Below are positions 23,065-33,036 of a DNA stretch of 45,808 nucleotides, one piece after another. The stretch comes from Candidatus Paceibacter sp. (GTDB lineage: Bacteria > Patescibacteriota > Patescibacteriia > SG8-24 > DYFX01). The notes below the pieces were generated by a model. The model had not been told where the DNA came from. It did not search any database and saw only the letters and a list, made by a program, of their open reading frames with translations. A program made the translations under genes and the position numbers. Location of the stretch: positions 1-45,808 of the forward strand of contig DYFX01000002.1 in NCBI GenBank assembly GCA_020724945.1, given 5' to 3'. The number at the start of each line of letters is the position of its first letter. The stretch's first letter is position 1.

Positions 23065-24528
23065 TCACAGGGCTCCCAGGTCGACGCGGGCGTCGAGGCG
23101 GATCTGGGAGACGAACTCGGGGATGTGGCTCACCATGATCATCGCGCCCTTGTATTCGTCGAGGGCCTTGGCGATGACGGGCAGGTGGCGGAAGTTGATG
23201 TGGTTGGTGGGCTCGTCGAGGATGAGCAGGCCCGGGCGCATCAGCACGAGGCTGGCGAAGGCCAGGAGGCCTTTCTGCCCTTCGGACAGGTTCGCGATCT
23301 TCGTCGCGAGCGCCTTGCCGTCGAGCAGGAACCCCGCGGCGATGGAGCGCAGGTCGCGCTCGCTCTTCTGCGCCATGATGCCGTAGAGGAAGTCGTAGCC
23401 CGTCTTCTCGAAGTCGAGCGTCGAGAAGTCCTGGCGGTAGTAGCCGACGACGATGTCCTTGCCGAACTCGACGCCTTCGGCGGTGCGCTGATAGATCTTC
23501 TCGAGGAGCGTGCTCTTGCCGATGCCGTTGGGACCTTCGAGCAGGAGATGCGTGCCGCGGCCGAGCTGGAGGTCGACCTCCTTCACGACCGGCTCCCCTG
23601 CCTTGATGATGCCCACCTTGGTGATGGACAGGATCTTGCCGTTGAAATCGAAATCGAATTCCTGGACGGGGACGGTGAAGTCGCGGATGGTGCGGTCCTC
23701 CTGGCGGACCTCGACCATGCTCTCCTCCGCCTCTTCGGCGGCCTCGCGCATGCGCTTGGCGACCGAACGGAGCTTGCCGCCCTTGTGCGCGAAGACCTCG
23801 GCCTGCTCGCGCTTCTTGCGGATCTCGGCCTCGGCGCGGGCGTTCTGCTGGCGTTCGCGCTCGATGCGCTGGGAGATCTCCTCGACGACATTCAGGTAGT
23901 TGCCGACATACTGCTCGATCTTGTGCGTACGCGCGTCGAGATAGATGACGCCGTCGGTGAAGGCGTTCAGGAACTCGGCGTCGTGCGAGATGACGATGAC
24001 GGTCTTCTCGTACATCATCAGGAACCCGGTGAGGTGCTCGATGCCCGCCTGATCGAGGTTGTTGGTGGGCTCGTCGAGCAGGAGGATGTCGGGGTCCTGG
24101 ATGAGCGCGTACGCCAGGAGGAGGCGCGCCTGCTGGCCGCCGGAGTGGGCGCGCAGCGGCTTCGCGGTATCGGTCACGAGGTTCACGGCGTCGAGGACCT
24201 CGGCGATGCGCTTGTCGAGGTTGTACGGGACCGTCTCGAAGGTGCCGGCGAACCAGTCGCGGACCGTCATGTCCATCTGCTCGGCCGGGATGACCTGCTT
24301 GGCGATGCCGACCATGGCGTCCTGCGGCGTCTTGAAGATGCCGCCGGACTTGGGCTTGAGCTCGCCCAGGATCAGCTTGAAGAGCGTCGACTTGCCCGCG
24401 CCGTTCTGCCCCATGAGCGCGATGCGGTTGCCGTCGCGCACGGAAAAGCTGGCCTCATCGAGGATGGGCCTGGTCTCTCCGTAGTCGAAGCTGACTTCGC
24501 TGAAGCGAAGGACGACATGGTCTGCCAT
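23065..24528 (-). CDS. ABC-F family ATPase (two NBDs, no TMD)
   Basis: Track ORF 23065..24762 trimmed to MADHVVLRFSEV (ATG at 24528). Two Walker A sites (GQNGAGKST, GPNGIGKST) and two signature motifs (HSGGQQ, LSEGQK). Confidence 0.9.
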   Translation of the reverse strand: MADHVVLRFSEVSFDYGETRPILDEASFSVRDGNRIALMGQNGAGKSTLFKLILGELKPKSGGIFKTPQDAMVGIAKQVIPAEQMDMTVRDWFAGTFETVPYNLDKRIAEVLDAVNLVTDTAKPLRAHSGGQQARLLLAYALIQDPDILLLDEPTNNLDQAGIEHLTGFLMMYEKTVIVISHDAEFLNAFTDGVIYLDARTHKIEQYVGNYLNVVEEISQRIERERQQNARAEAEIRKKREQAEVFAHKGGKLRSVAKRMREAAEEAEESMVEVRQEDRTIRDFTVPVQEFDFDFNGKILSITKVGIIKAGEPVVKEVDLQLGRGTHLLLEGPNGIGKSTLLEKIYQRTAEGVEFGKDIVVGYYRQDFSTLDFEKTGYDFLYGIMAQKSERDLRSIAAGFLLDGKALATKIANLSEGQKGLLAFASLVLMRPGLLILDEPTNHINFRHLPVIAKALDEYKGAMIMVSHIPEFVSQIRLDARVDLGAL

Positions 24529-24584
24529 AACGCGGGTAGGATACGCGGTTTTGCCGGTCTTGGCAAGAGGCGCCCGGACAAACG

Positions 24585-24605
24585 AAAACGCCCCTTGCGG
24601 GGCGC
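24585..24605 (-). terminator. Intrinsic terminator after cspA-like gene
   Basis: On the minus strand: gcgcccc-gcaa-ggggcg followed by TTTTCGTTT. Confidence 0.7.
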
Positions 24606-24619
24606 TTCCGGAGCGGCCG

Positions 24620-24817
24620 TTAGGCGCGCTGAACGTTCGTGGCGCGGGGGCCCTTCTCGGACTCCTCCGTGTCGAAGGAAACCTTGTCACCCGGCTTGAG
24701 CTCGTCGAAGTTGACGCCGACGAGGCCCGTCTGGTGGAAGAAGAGGTCCTTGCCTCCGTCATCCGGGGTGATAAAGCCGAAACCCTTCTCGTTCATGGTC
24801 TTGACGGAACCGGTCAT
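24620..24817 (-). CDS. Cold-shock protein (CspA family)
   Basis: 65 aa. KGFGFITPDDGGKDLFFH contains the RNP1/RNP2 motifs. Confidence 0.95.
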   Translation of the reverse strand: MTGSVKTMNEKGFGFITPDDGGKDLFFHQTGLVGVNFDELKPGDKVSFDTEESEKGPRATNVQRA

Positions 24818-24925
24818 GTGTTTGGTCTACGATGATTAACCCATCCTTTATAGCACAAGGGGGTGAACCTGTCAATGGGGCGGGCGGCTTCCCGCCCCGG
24901 CAGGTTCTGCTATGATGCGCGCCGT

Positions 24926-25912
24926 ATGGATCCCCTCGCCGAGCGCGCCGCCAGGCACGCGTCCGACATCGTCGCCTTGGCCCTGAAGCACGAGCCTGCC
25001 CGTAAGGCGCTCGTGGTCTTCGACCTGCGCTGTCCCCTCTCACGGCTGGTCACCGACGCCTATCGCGCGGCCCTGCCGGACGCCCGCTACATCGACTACG
25101 ACGCCGCCACGAAGGAGGAGGTCATGGCGGCCATCGACCTGCTGAACCCCAAGGATCTCGTGGTGATGATCCAGTCGATGACCTTCCGGCTGGACGATTT
25201 CCGCATCCGCATCGAGCTCTTCAAGCGCGGCCTGGCCGTCGTCGAGCACATGCATCTCGAGCGCGCGACCGACGACCGGCAGATCGCCATCTATGTCGAC
25301 GCCATGGCCTATGACCCGGAGTATTATCGGCCGCTCGGGCGGGCGCTCAAGGCGAAGATCGACGCGGCGGAGACGGTGAAGGTCGTCTGCGACGGCGCGA
25401 CGCTGACCTACGAGGGCGGCATGGAGCCGACGAAGCTGAACATCGGCGACTACGACGGGATGACGAATGTCGGCGGCACCTTCCCCATCGGCGAGGTCTT
25501 CAGCGAGCCGCGCGATCTCGCGCGCGTGAACGGCGAGGTGAAGCTCTTCGCCTTCGCGGGCGTCGACCACCTGGTGCAGCTGCACGAACCGTTCACGGTA
25601 CGCATCGAGAAGGGGCTCGTCGTCTCGCACGAGGGGCCGCCGTCCTTCCAGGAGGTGCTCGACCAGATCGCCGCCGACGAGCAGGTGATGGTGCGCGAGT
25701 TCGGCATCGGCCTCAATCCGGCGATGGGCAAGGACCGCGTCCTCAAGGACATCACCGCCTTCGAACGGCAGAAGGGCCTGCACCTCTCGCTCGGCGAGAA
25801 GCACGGCGTCTACAAGAAGCCGGGATTCAACCCCAAGAAGACGCATTTCCACATCGATGTCTTCGTCGATGTCGAGCGCATCGAGCTCGACGGCGAGGCG
25901 CTCGTCTACTGA
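24926..25912 (+). CDS. Aminopeptidase-like protein (M29/AmpS-like fold, tentative)
   Basis: Track ORF 24863..25912 trimmed to MDPLAERAA. GGTFPIGEVFSEP and the C-terminal HFHIDV resemble M29 motifs. This is recollection only. Confidence 0.5.
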   Translation: MDPLAERAARHASDIVALALKHEPARKALVVFDLRCPLSRLVTDAYRAALPDARYIDYDAATKEEVMAAIDLLNPKDLVVMIQSMTFRLDDFRIRIELFKRGLAVVEHMHLERATDDRQIAIYVDAMAYDPEYYRPLGRALKAKIDAAETVKVVCDGATLTYEGGMEPTKLNIGDYDGMTNVGGTFPIGEVFSEPRDLARVNGEVKLFAFAGVDHLVQLHEPFTVRIEKGLVVSHEGPPSFQEVLDQIAADEQVMVREFGIGLNPAMGKDRVLKDITAFERQKGLHLSLGEKHGVYKKPGFNPKKTHFHIDVFVDVERIELDGEALVY

Positions 25913-25960
25913 AACGCGCGGCCGCGCGCGAGGCCGCGCGTTTTGCTATGATGCCCGCAT

Positions 25961-26404
25961 ATGCGATTCCCCCACCGCCGCCAGATCAACGATTGGTACT
26001 GCGGACCGGCAACCCTGCAGATGATCCTGTCGGGTTTCGGCATCCGCGCGTCGCAGGAAGCGCTGGCGCGGACCTCCGGGACGAACGAGCGGCACGGCAC
26101 GCCGCGGGCGGGGTTGCTCCGCGCCTTGCGCGCCCACGGGCTGCGGGGATCGGCGCGACACGGGCGTGGCCTCGAGGAACTCGACGCCGCCGTCCTGTCC
26201 GGCAAGGCCGTCATCGTCCTGTATGTCGAGAAGGAGGCCGACGAGGGCCACTACGCCGTCTTCCTGGGGACATCGAGGGGGCGCGTCCTGCTGAACGATC
26301 CCTGGCACGGCGCGCGCTACGCCCTGAAGCGCGGCGAATTCCTGAAACGCTGGCGCGGAAGCGCGAAACGCTGGACGCGCTGGGCGCTCGTCGTCGGGCG
26401 TTGA
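25961..26404 (+). CDS. Peptidase C39-like (papain-fold) domain protein
   Basis: 147 aa. QINDWYCGPATLQMIL (Cys nucleophile context) and EGHYAV (His). Confidence 0.6.
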   Translation: MRFPHRRQINDWYCGPATLQMILSGFGIRASQEALARTSGTNERHGTPRAGLLRALRAHGLRGSARHGRGLEELDAAVLSGKAVIVLYVEKEADEGHYAVFLGTSRGRVLLNDPWHGARYALKRGEFLKRWRGSAKRWTRWALVVGR

Positions 26405-26467
26405 CGCTTCCGTCCGCCGCCGCCCCTGACCGGCCCGTTCGGGCCGGTCTTTTGGTATACTCGAAGC

Positions 26468-26866
26468 ATGACGGACGCCGAACTCAAGAAACTCCTCCAG
26501 GACGCCAAGGTCATCGCCTCGGTCGGCCTTTCCTCCGATCCGGCGCGCGCTTCCTGGCGCGTGACGAAGTACCTGCTCGCGCAGGGGTACCGCATCATCC
26601 CGGTCAACCCCAACGAGACGGAGGTCCACGGCCAGAAGGCCTATCCGGACCTGAAGTCGGTGCCGGAGAAGGTCGACCTCGTGCAGATCTTCCGCCATCC
26701 GGACGCGGTGCCCCCGATCGTGGAGGACGCCATCGCCATCGGCGCCAAGGCCGTCTGGATGCAGGACGGCGCCGGCAGCCCCGAGGCCGCGAAGCGGGCG
26801 GAGGAGGCCGGACTCATCGCCGTCGTCGACGACTGCATGCTCCGCGTCCACGCGCGCGTGATGTGA
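26468..26866 (+). CDS. CoA-binding domain protein (YccU-like)
   Basis: 132 aa. IASVGLSSDPARASWRV...GYRIIPVNP...VDLVQIFR follows the typical CoA_binding_2 pattern. Confidence 0.8.
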   Translation: MTDAELKKLLQDAKVIASVGLSSDPARASWRVTKYLLAQGYRIIPVNPNETEVHGQKAYPDLKSVPEKVDLVQIFRHPDAVPPIVEDAIAIGAKAVWMQDGAGSPEAAKRAEEAGLIAVVDDCMLRVHARVM

Positions 26867-26883
26867 CGCGCGGGAACGCGAAC

Positions 26884-26906
26884 GGCGGACTTCAGTCCGC
26901 CTTTTT
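26884..26906 (+). terminator. Intrinsic terminator
   Basis: Stem ggcggac/gtccgcc followed by TTTTT. Confidence 0.7.
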
Positions 26907-26908
26907 CA

Positions 26909-28912
26909 TCACGGCTTCTTCTTCGAGAGCTCGTCCAGCCTCCGCCGCATCGCCTCGTTCTCGCGCTTCAGTTCCACCATCTTGATCTCGCGGCCCGTCG
27001 TGATCTTCACGAACTGCTCGAGCTCCTGGTTGCGGCGCGCCATCTCCTGCGCCGCCTTCACCTCCTCGCTGACATCATGGAAGACGCCGGTCACGAGCGT
27101 CCGTCCGCCGATTTCCGCCATCGAGGCGCTGATCTTGACGGGAATCCGCGTGCCGTCCTTGCGGTAGGCATACATCTGCTCCGGAACGACCTTGCCGGAC
27201 GCGATGTAGCGGCGGAAGTAGTCGGCGTAGCGTTCGCCGAGTCCCGGGGGGTGCAAGTCAGGCTGATGCAGGGCGAGGATCTCCTCGCGCGGGCGGCCGA
27301 TGAGCGCTTCGGCCTTGCGGTTGCAGTCGACGATGGCGCCGGTCTCGGCATCCGCCACGAAGATGGCGTCGTCGGCCAACTCGAAGAGCGTGCGGTATTT
27401 CTTCTCCGACTCGCTCACGCTGCGCTCCAAGCGGTCGCGTTCGGTGATGTCGATCATCGATCCCACGACGCGCGCCACGGAACCGTCGTCCGCATACAGG
27501 ATGTTCCCGCGATCGAGGACGACGACATAGCCGCCGTCCGGCTTCCGGAACCGGTACTCGCCGGTCCACAGGGCATCGCCCGCCTTGAACGCGGTCTCGA
27601 GGCTGCCCATCACGCGCTTCCGGTCGTCGGGATGGATCTTCTCTTCCCACCAGGAGATGTCCTCGGCCGCGCCCTTCGGGTCGTGGCCGATCATCGTTTT
27701 GAGGTTCTCGTTCCACCAGAGGCGCCGTCGCGGCACATCCCAATCGTAGATGACATCGTTGGTGGCCCTGGTGATGATCTCGAACCGCTCTTCGGCGAGC
27801 CGGAGTTCCGTCTCGCGCGCCTTGCGGCGGGCGAGCGTGATGGGCGCCGTGATGACCTCGACATCGACGACGCTCCCGTCCGCGCGCAGGAACTTCTCCT
27901 CGACCATCGGCGCGCTGCGGCCATGCGCCACCTCGCCCTCCACGCGGCTGCGGACGAGCTCCCGATACTCCGGATGCACGACCTTGTAGATGGCGTCGCC
28001 GATCAGCGCTTCGGCCGACGGAGCATCGATCATATCGACGAAGGCCTTGTTGACATAGATGAACTTGGCGTCTTGGTGGATGGCGACGCCGAGCGGCGAG
28101 GTTTCGATCAGCGTGCGGTACCGATCCTCGCTCTCCGCGCGCGACTCCTCGGCGCGCTTGCGTTCGGTGATGTCCTGCGTCATGCCGACCATCTGCCGAG
28201 GCTTGCCGTCGGCGCCGAAGATGACCTCGGCTTCCTGGTGGACCCATCGGATGTCCCCGTCCGGACGGATGATGCGGTGCTCGACATCGTATTCCGCATC
28301 GCCGGACAAGGCATCCCGGCTGGCCTTGCGGACATAGTCGAGGTCGGAAGGATGGACCAGCTTGAAGAAGGTCTCGACCTTTCCGTCGAACTCCTTTTCC
28401 GTCAGGCCGAAGATCCGGTAGGCCCCTTCGCTCCAGACGAGCTTCCCTTCCTGCGAAGGGTCGGAGTACCAGATGCCGAAGCGCGCCGCCTTTTCGGCGA
28501 GCTTGAGCACGCGATCGGTCTCTCCCATCTTCCGCACGAGCCGCTCGCGGTCGGTCACATCGGTGGCGATGGAGATCGCGGCCGTGACCTTGCCGGAACG
28601 GTCGCGGACCGGGCTCAACCAGACATCGACCGAGCGGCCGCGGACATCCAAGGTCGCGCTGACCGTCTCTCCCCGGAAGACGCGCCGCAGGAGCTCCGGG
28701 ATGCGCTTCTCCTCGGCGAACGCTTCGGCCGCGTTCGCGCCGACGAGGGACTCCACCCCTTCGCCGAGCAGCTCCAAACCCTTCCCGGCCACGAACAGCA
28801 TCCGGCCGTCCTCGCCCAGCACGGCGATCGAGACCGGCGCGTTCTTGATGATGGCCTGGAACGCCTGTTCCGGCGTCAGGATCGGCTTCCCGTGCTCGCG
28901 GTCGGGCGTCAT
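26909..28912 (-). CDS. Multi-PAS domain sensor protein without recognisable output domain
   Basis: Track ORF 26909..28930 (TTG start) trimmed to ATG MTPDREHGK. There are at least four PAS/PAC-like repeats (e.g. WSEGAYRIFG, DGDIRWVHQEAEV, ITERKRAEE) and a C-terminal coiled coil. Confidence 0.8.
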   Translation of the reverse strand: MTPDREHGKPILTPEQAFQAIIKNAPVSIAVLGEDGRMLFVAGKGLELLGEGVESLVGANAAEAFAEEKRIPELLRRVFRGETVSATLDVRGRSVDVWLSPVRDRSGKVTAAISIATDVTDRERLVRKMGETDRVLKLAEKAARFGIWYSDPSQEGKLVWSEGAYRIFGLTEKEFDGKVETFFKLVHPSDLDYVRKASRDALSGDAEYDVEHRIIRPDGDIRWVHQEAEVIFGADGKPRQMVGMTQDITERKRAEESRAESEDRYRTLIETSPLGVAIHQDAKFIYVNKAFVDMIDAPSAEALIGDAIYKVVHPEYRELVRSRVEGEVAHGRSAPMVEEKFLRADGSVVDVEVITAPITLARRKARETELRLAEERFEIITRATNDVIYDWDVPRRRLWWNENLKTMIGHDPKGAAEDISWWEEKIHPDDRKRVMGSLETAFKAGDALWTGEYRFRKPDGGYVVVLDRGNILYADDGSVARVVGSMIDITERDRLERSVSESEKKYRTLFELADDAIFVADAETGAIVDCNRKAEALIGRPREEILALHQPDLHPPGLGERYADYFRRYIASGKVVPEQMYAYRKDGTRIPVKISASMAEIGGRTLVTGVFHDVSEEVKAAQEMARRNQELEQFVKITTGREIKMVELKRENEAMRRRLDELSKKKP

Positions 28913-28962
28913 ATGACGCCAGTATACCAAAGAAGCCGCGCGCGGTCTGATATACTGTTCCC

Positions 28963-30660
28963 ATGAGCCATGTCTTCTTCGAACTCACCCTGGTGCTGGC
29001 GCTCGCGACCGCCTTCGGCATGCTGGCGCGCTGGCTGAAGCAGCCGACCATCCTGGGCTACATCGCCACCGGCCTCATCGTCGGTCCGCTCGGCTTCCTG
29101 AAGCTGGGCAGTCCCGAGACGCTCGACGCCATGGCCGAGCTCGGCATCACCTTCCTGCTCTTCCTGGTCGGCATGGAGATGCGCTTCAAGGACCTGAAGC
29201 ATGTCGGGCGGGCCGCGCTCTTCACCGGCATCGGACAGATCGTCTTCACCTCGGTCATCGGATACGCGCTGGCGCGCCTCTTGGGCTACGGCGGCCTGGC
29301 GGCGCTCTACATCGCCGTGGCGCTCACCTTCTCGAGCACCATCATCGTCGTGAAGCTTCTCTCCGAGAAGCGCGAGCTCGAGAGCCTGCACGGCAAGATC
29401 GTCATCGGCTTCCTGCTCGTGCAGGACTTCGTCGCCCTGCTCTTCCTCATCCTCCTCTCGAGCCTGACCGGCGCCGGGACGCTCTCGTTCGCCACGCTCC
29501 CCTACGGCGCGATCGGCCTGGCCTTCCTGAAAGGCGCCCTGCTCCTGGCGTTCTCCCTCGCCGTCGGTCGCTGGGTGATGCCGCCGCTCCTGCGTTCCGT
29601 CGGCCGTTCGCAGGAGGTCCTCTTCCTGGTCTCGATGGCGTGGGGCATGGGGCTCGCGGCCATCGCCGCGCTCCCCCAGGTCGGGCTGAACATCGAGATC
29701 GGCGCGTTCCTGGCCGGTATCGCGCTGGCCGGCAGCATCGAGAGGCACCAGATCTCGAGCCGCATCAAGTCCCTGCGGGATTTCTTCATCGTCGTCTTCT
29801 TCATCGTGCTCGGGTCGAAGATGGTGCTCGCCTCCGCCGCGGCGGTGACGACACCCGCCGTCATCCTTTCGCTCTTCGTGCTCATCGGCAACCCGATCAT
29901 CGTGCTCGTCATCATGGGCGCGATGGGCTTCCGTTCGCGGACTTCCTTCATGGCAAGCGTGACCGTCGCGCAGATCTCGGAGTTCAGCCTCATCCTGATG
30001 ACGGTCGGCGCGCGGCTCGGGCATGTCGACGCCGAAGCCGTCTCGCTCGTGACGGTCGTCGGCATCGTCACCATCGCCGTCTCCTCCTATCTCATCATCT
30101 ACAGCGAGACCATCTTCGGCTGGCTGAAGCGTCCGCTCAAGATCTTCGAGTTCCGCGCCAAGGTCCAGGCGGCTCCCGCGACGGCGGCGCGGCGCGATCA
30201 TGTGGTGCTGGTCGGCTGCCATCGCATGGGACACAACATCCTCGCCTCGCTCGAGGAGATGCATAAGGAATTCACGGTCGTGGACTTCAATCCGGATGTG
30301 GTCGAACGCCTCGGCAAGCGCGGCATCCACGCCGTCTACGGCGATGTCTCCGATCCGGAGATCGCGGAGCTCGCCGGGCTCGACAAGGCGCGGCTCGTCA
30401 TCTCGACGGTGCCGGGGTTCGAGGATTCGCGCGCCATCCTGGAGTTCATGCGCAAGCGCAATCCGCATGCGCGCATCATCCTGACGGCCGAGAACGAGTA
30501 CGAATCGCTCGACCTGTACGAGGCGGGCGCCGACTATGTCCTCCTGCCGCACTTCATCGGAGGACTCCAGCTGGCGCGGCTCCTCGAAGGCGACCGTTCG
30601 CTCGTCTCGCTCGGGAAGCTCCGCGAACAGGATCTCGCCATCATCACCGGACATCCCTGA
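28963..30660 (+). CDS. Cation:proton antiporter (CPA2, Kef-type) with C-terminal RCK/TrkA-N domain
   Basis: 565 aa. N-terminus LALATAFGMLARWLKQPTILGYIATGLIVGP. C-terminal Rossmann segment HVVLVGCHRMGHNI. Confidence 0.9.
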   Translation: MSHVFFELTLVLALATAFGMLARWLKQPTILGYIATGLIVGPLGFLKLGSPETLDAMAELGITFLLFLVGMEMRFKDLKHVGRAALFTGIGQIVFTSVIGYALARLLGYGGLAALYIAVALTFSSTIIVVKLLSEKRELESLHGKIVIGFLLVQDFVALLFLILLSSLTGAGTLSFATLPYGAIGLAFLKGALLLAFSLAVGRWVMPPLLRSVGRSQEVLFLVSMAWGMGLAAIAALPQVGLNIEIGAFLAGIALAGSIERHQISSRIKSLRDFFIVVFFIVLGSKMVLASAAAVTTPAVILSLFVLIGNPIIVLVIMGAMGFRSRTSFMASVTVAQISEFSLILMTVGARLGHVDAEAVSLVTVVGIVTIAVSSYLIIYSETIFGWLKRPLKIFEFRAKVQAAPATAARRDHVVLVGCHRMGHNILASLEEMHKEFTVVDFNPDVVERLGKRGIHAVYGDVSDPEIAELAGLDKARLVISTVPGFEDSRAILEFMRKRNPHARIILTAENEYESLDLYEAGADYVLLPHFIGGLQLARLLEGDRSLVSLGKLREQDLAIITGHP

Positions 30661-30714
30661 CCGCGCCTTGACGGGCGCGGTCTTTCGTCTTACGGTCCTC
30701 CGCGTGGAGGACGC

Positions 30715-31521
30715 ATGTGCACCTTGATCCTTGCCCTGGGACTCTTCCCCCGCTTCCCCGTCGTCGTCGCGGCCAACCGCGACGAGCAGCTCGACCGCCC
30801 TTCCGCGCCGCCGTCCTTCTGGCAGGACGAGCCGCGCGTCCTGGCGCCGACCGACCTGCGCCGCGGCGGCACCTGGATCGGCGTGAACGATCGCGGCGTC
30901 TTCGCCGCCGTCACCAACCGCAACGACATCGTCTCCCAGCGCGGCAAGGACTCGCGCGGGGAGCTGGCGCTCATGGCGCTCGACGAGGCCACGGCCGCCG
31001 CGGCCGCCGCCCGCATCGGACGGCTCGACATGCGCCGTTACAACGGCTTCCATCTCGCGATCGCCGACGCCCAAAGCGCCTTCCTCGCCTACGGCGACGG
31101 GGAGCGAGCGCCGGAGGGCCGCGCGAGGATCGAGGAGCTCGGAAGCGGCCTGCATCTCGTCTCCAATCTCGGCGCCGGTCCGGGGCACGCGCCCCGCGCC
31201 GAAGAGATCGTCCGCGTCTGGCACGGCCGAAAGCTCCGGCGCGACGCCCCGCACCGCGCGACCTGGGACGCCCTGCTCACCATCCACGACCCCGCGCCCG
31301 TCGCGGATCCCGCGCGGATGAAGAGCATGGCCTCGAGCTGCATCCATCGTCCGCCGGGCGAGAACTACGGCACGAAGTCCTCGGTCTTCATCCTGCTCGA
31401 CGGCGCCTGGGGCAGCCGCGGCGCCGAATGGCGCTGGTGGCACCGCGAACGGCCGGAGGGCGGCCACAACTGCGCCGCCGCCTGGCACCCGGAGCTGCGG
31501 CTCGCCCTCACCTCGGAATGA
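30715..31521 (+). CDS. NRDE family protein (TANGO2-like)
   Basis: Begins MCTLI and contains the eponymous AANRDE motif. Confidence 0.85.
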   Translation: MCTLILALGLFPRFPVVVAANRDEQLDRPSAPPSFWQDEPRVLAPTDLRRGGTWIGVNDRGVFAAVTNRNDIVSQRGKDSRGELALMALDEATAAAAAARIGRLDMRRYNGFHLAIADAQSAFLAYGDGERAPEGRARIEELGSGLHLVSNLGAGPGHAPRAEEIVRVWHGRKLRRDAPHRATWDALLTIHDPAPVADPARMKSMASSCIHRPPGENYGTKSSVFILLDGAWGSRGAEWRWWHRERPEGGHNCAAAWHPELRLALTSE

Positions 31522-31522
31522 A

Positions 31523-31555
31523 AAGACCCCCGACATCCGTCGGGGGCGTTTTTTT
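31523..31555. terminator. Bidirectional terminator
   Basis: Stem cccccgac/gtcggggg, with an A-run before and a T7 run after. Confidence 0.75.
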
Positions 31556-32999
31556 ACGGGCACCAGTCGTCGTCCGGACACGCCGTCGTGCGGCGTTTGG
31601 CCTTCGGCTTCTTCCTGGTCTTGGGCTTCGCCTTCGGGGCATCGTCACGCATCCAGTCGGGATCCGGTCCGATGCGTTTGGCGGCGTACCGCTTCTCGCG
31701 TTCCGCCTCGTACATCTCCTGCGTGACGAGCCCGGGATCGTCCTTGGCCGGACCGTACCTCGCGACGAAGTACCGACCTGCCTTGAAGTCTCCGGCCGCC
31801 ATCGCGGCCTTGAAGGCGAGCAGGATGCCCTCCCGGCGGAGCGTCATGCTCCAGCCGTATTGCGCGGCCTCGGCGGCGTCTTCCCACTTGCCGAGCTCGA
31901 GCAGCTTGTCGAACGCGCGGCGCTGCCATTCGTAGGACGCGGCGAAGTTCGCGATGAAGCGGTACCGCGCGCGTTCCCAAAGGTAGGCCATGAAGGCGTC
32001 GTGCGCGCCGGGGTGCTTGCCCGCGGTCACGAGGAAGCCGGTTTCGCGATGGGCGCGGACGACTTCCTGGAAGAGGTAGGCGCGGCCGTCATCGCCGTGC
32101 GTGCCGTGCGGCAGGAGCGCGAGGGCCAGGTTGTCCTGGCCGCCGCGGACGGCGGCGAAGAACCACCGGTCGGCGGCCTCCTTCGCCACGACCCACTCGC
32201 CGGCACGGATCGTCTCGCCCTCGCAGCGCGCGGCGGCGAAGAACGGTTCGGCCCGCTCGACGGACAGCCGCAGCGCGACGACGGCTTTCAGGCCGTCGGT
32301 GCAGTCGCCCCGGGCGAAGAAATCGCCGATGAACTGCGAGGTCTGGACGACATCCCATCTCGCACGGGCCGCGTGGCGGATCGCGAACGCGTCGCGCTCC
32401 TGACGGCCCATGCGGCCTTCCTGCCGTGCGGCGTGGATGATGCGCGTCCGCGTCTCCGCCTCGACCGGGCAATCCTCGTCGAGAAGGGGGTAGACGGCGT
32501 CCGCGCTCGCGACGGCCTCGAGCAGGAGGGCGCGCTCCACGGTCTTGGCGGCCTCCTTGGGACCGGCATGACGGCAGGCGATCCGGATCTCCGTCGTCAT
32601 CCGCGCGACGACGGAGGAGCGCAGCGTTCCGGTGGGCGCGTACGGCAGGAGCCGGCGATAGTCCGCGTCCGCGGCGTCGAAGGCGCGGCGGGCGTCCGCG
32701 AGCGCGAGCAGGACGGCGCGTTCCGGGAACCGGAAGCGCCAGGCGATCTCGGCGGCCGGCAGCGGCCCGCCGCCGCGCAGGTACCTCCAGTACGCGCGTT
32801 CGGCCAGGGCGGCGACATCCGCGCGCGGGAGGCGACGCTCTTTCGCGAAGGCGGCGGCCTCCGCGAGGCGCGTATCGTCGTTCAACAGCACTTCGAACGC
32901 GTAGAGCGCCTCGGGATCGGCCTTCGCCGCGCCCGTCGCCGGAGCCTGCGCATGCAGGCAGCCGGCCGTCAGGAAGGCCGCGACCAGCATGGCACGCAT
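31554..32999 (-). CDS. Secreted hypothetical protein with a basic Lys/Arg/Pro C-terminal tail
   Basis: 481 aa. Signal peptide MRAMLVAAFLTAGCLHAQA. Helical repeat-like body. Tail PKAKPKTRKKPKAKRR. Confidence 0.6.
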   Translation of the reverse strand: MRAMLVAAFLTAGCLHAQAPATGAAKADPEALYAFEVLLNDDTRLAEAAAFAKERRLPRADVAALAERAYWRYLRGGGPLPAAEIAWRFRFPERAVLLALADARRAFDAADADYRRLLPYAPTGTLRSSVVARMTTEIRIACRHAGPKEAAKTVERALLLEAVASADAVYPLLDEDCPVEAETRTRIIHAARQEGRMGRQERDAFAIRHAARARWDVVQTSQFIGDFFARGDCTDGLKAVVALRLSVERAEPFFAAARCEGETIRAGEWVVAKEAADRWFFAAVRGGQDNLALALLPHGTHGDDGRAYLFQEVVRAHRETGFLVTAGKHPGAHDAFMAYLWERARYRFIANFAASYEWQRRAFDKLLELGKWEDAAEAAQYGWSMTLRREGILLAFKAAMAAGDFKAGRYFVARYGPAKDDPGLVTQEMYEAEREKRYAAKRIGPDPDWMRDDAPKAKPKTRKKPKAKRRTTACPDDDWCP

Positions 33000-33036
33000 G
33001 ATTCCTCCTATGGAAAGACCTCGGGGCCAAAGTAGC

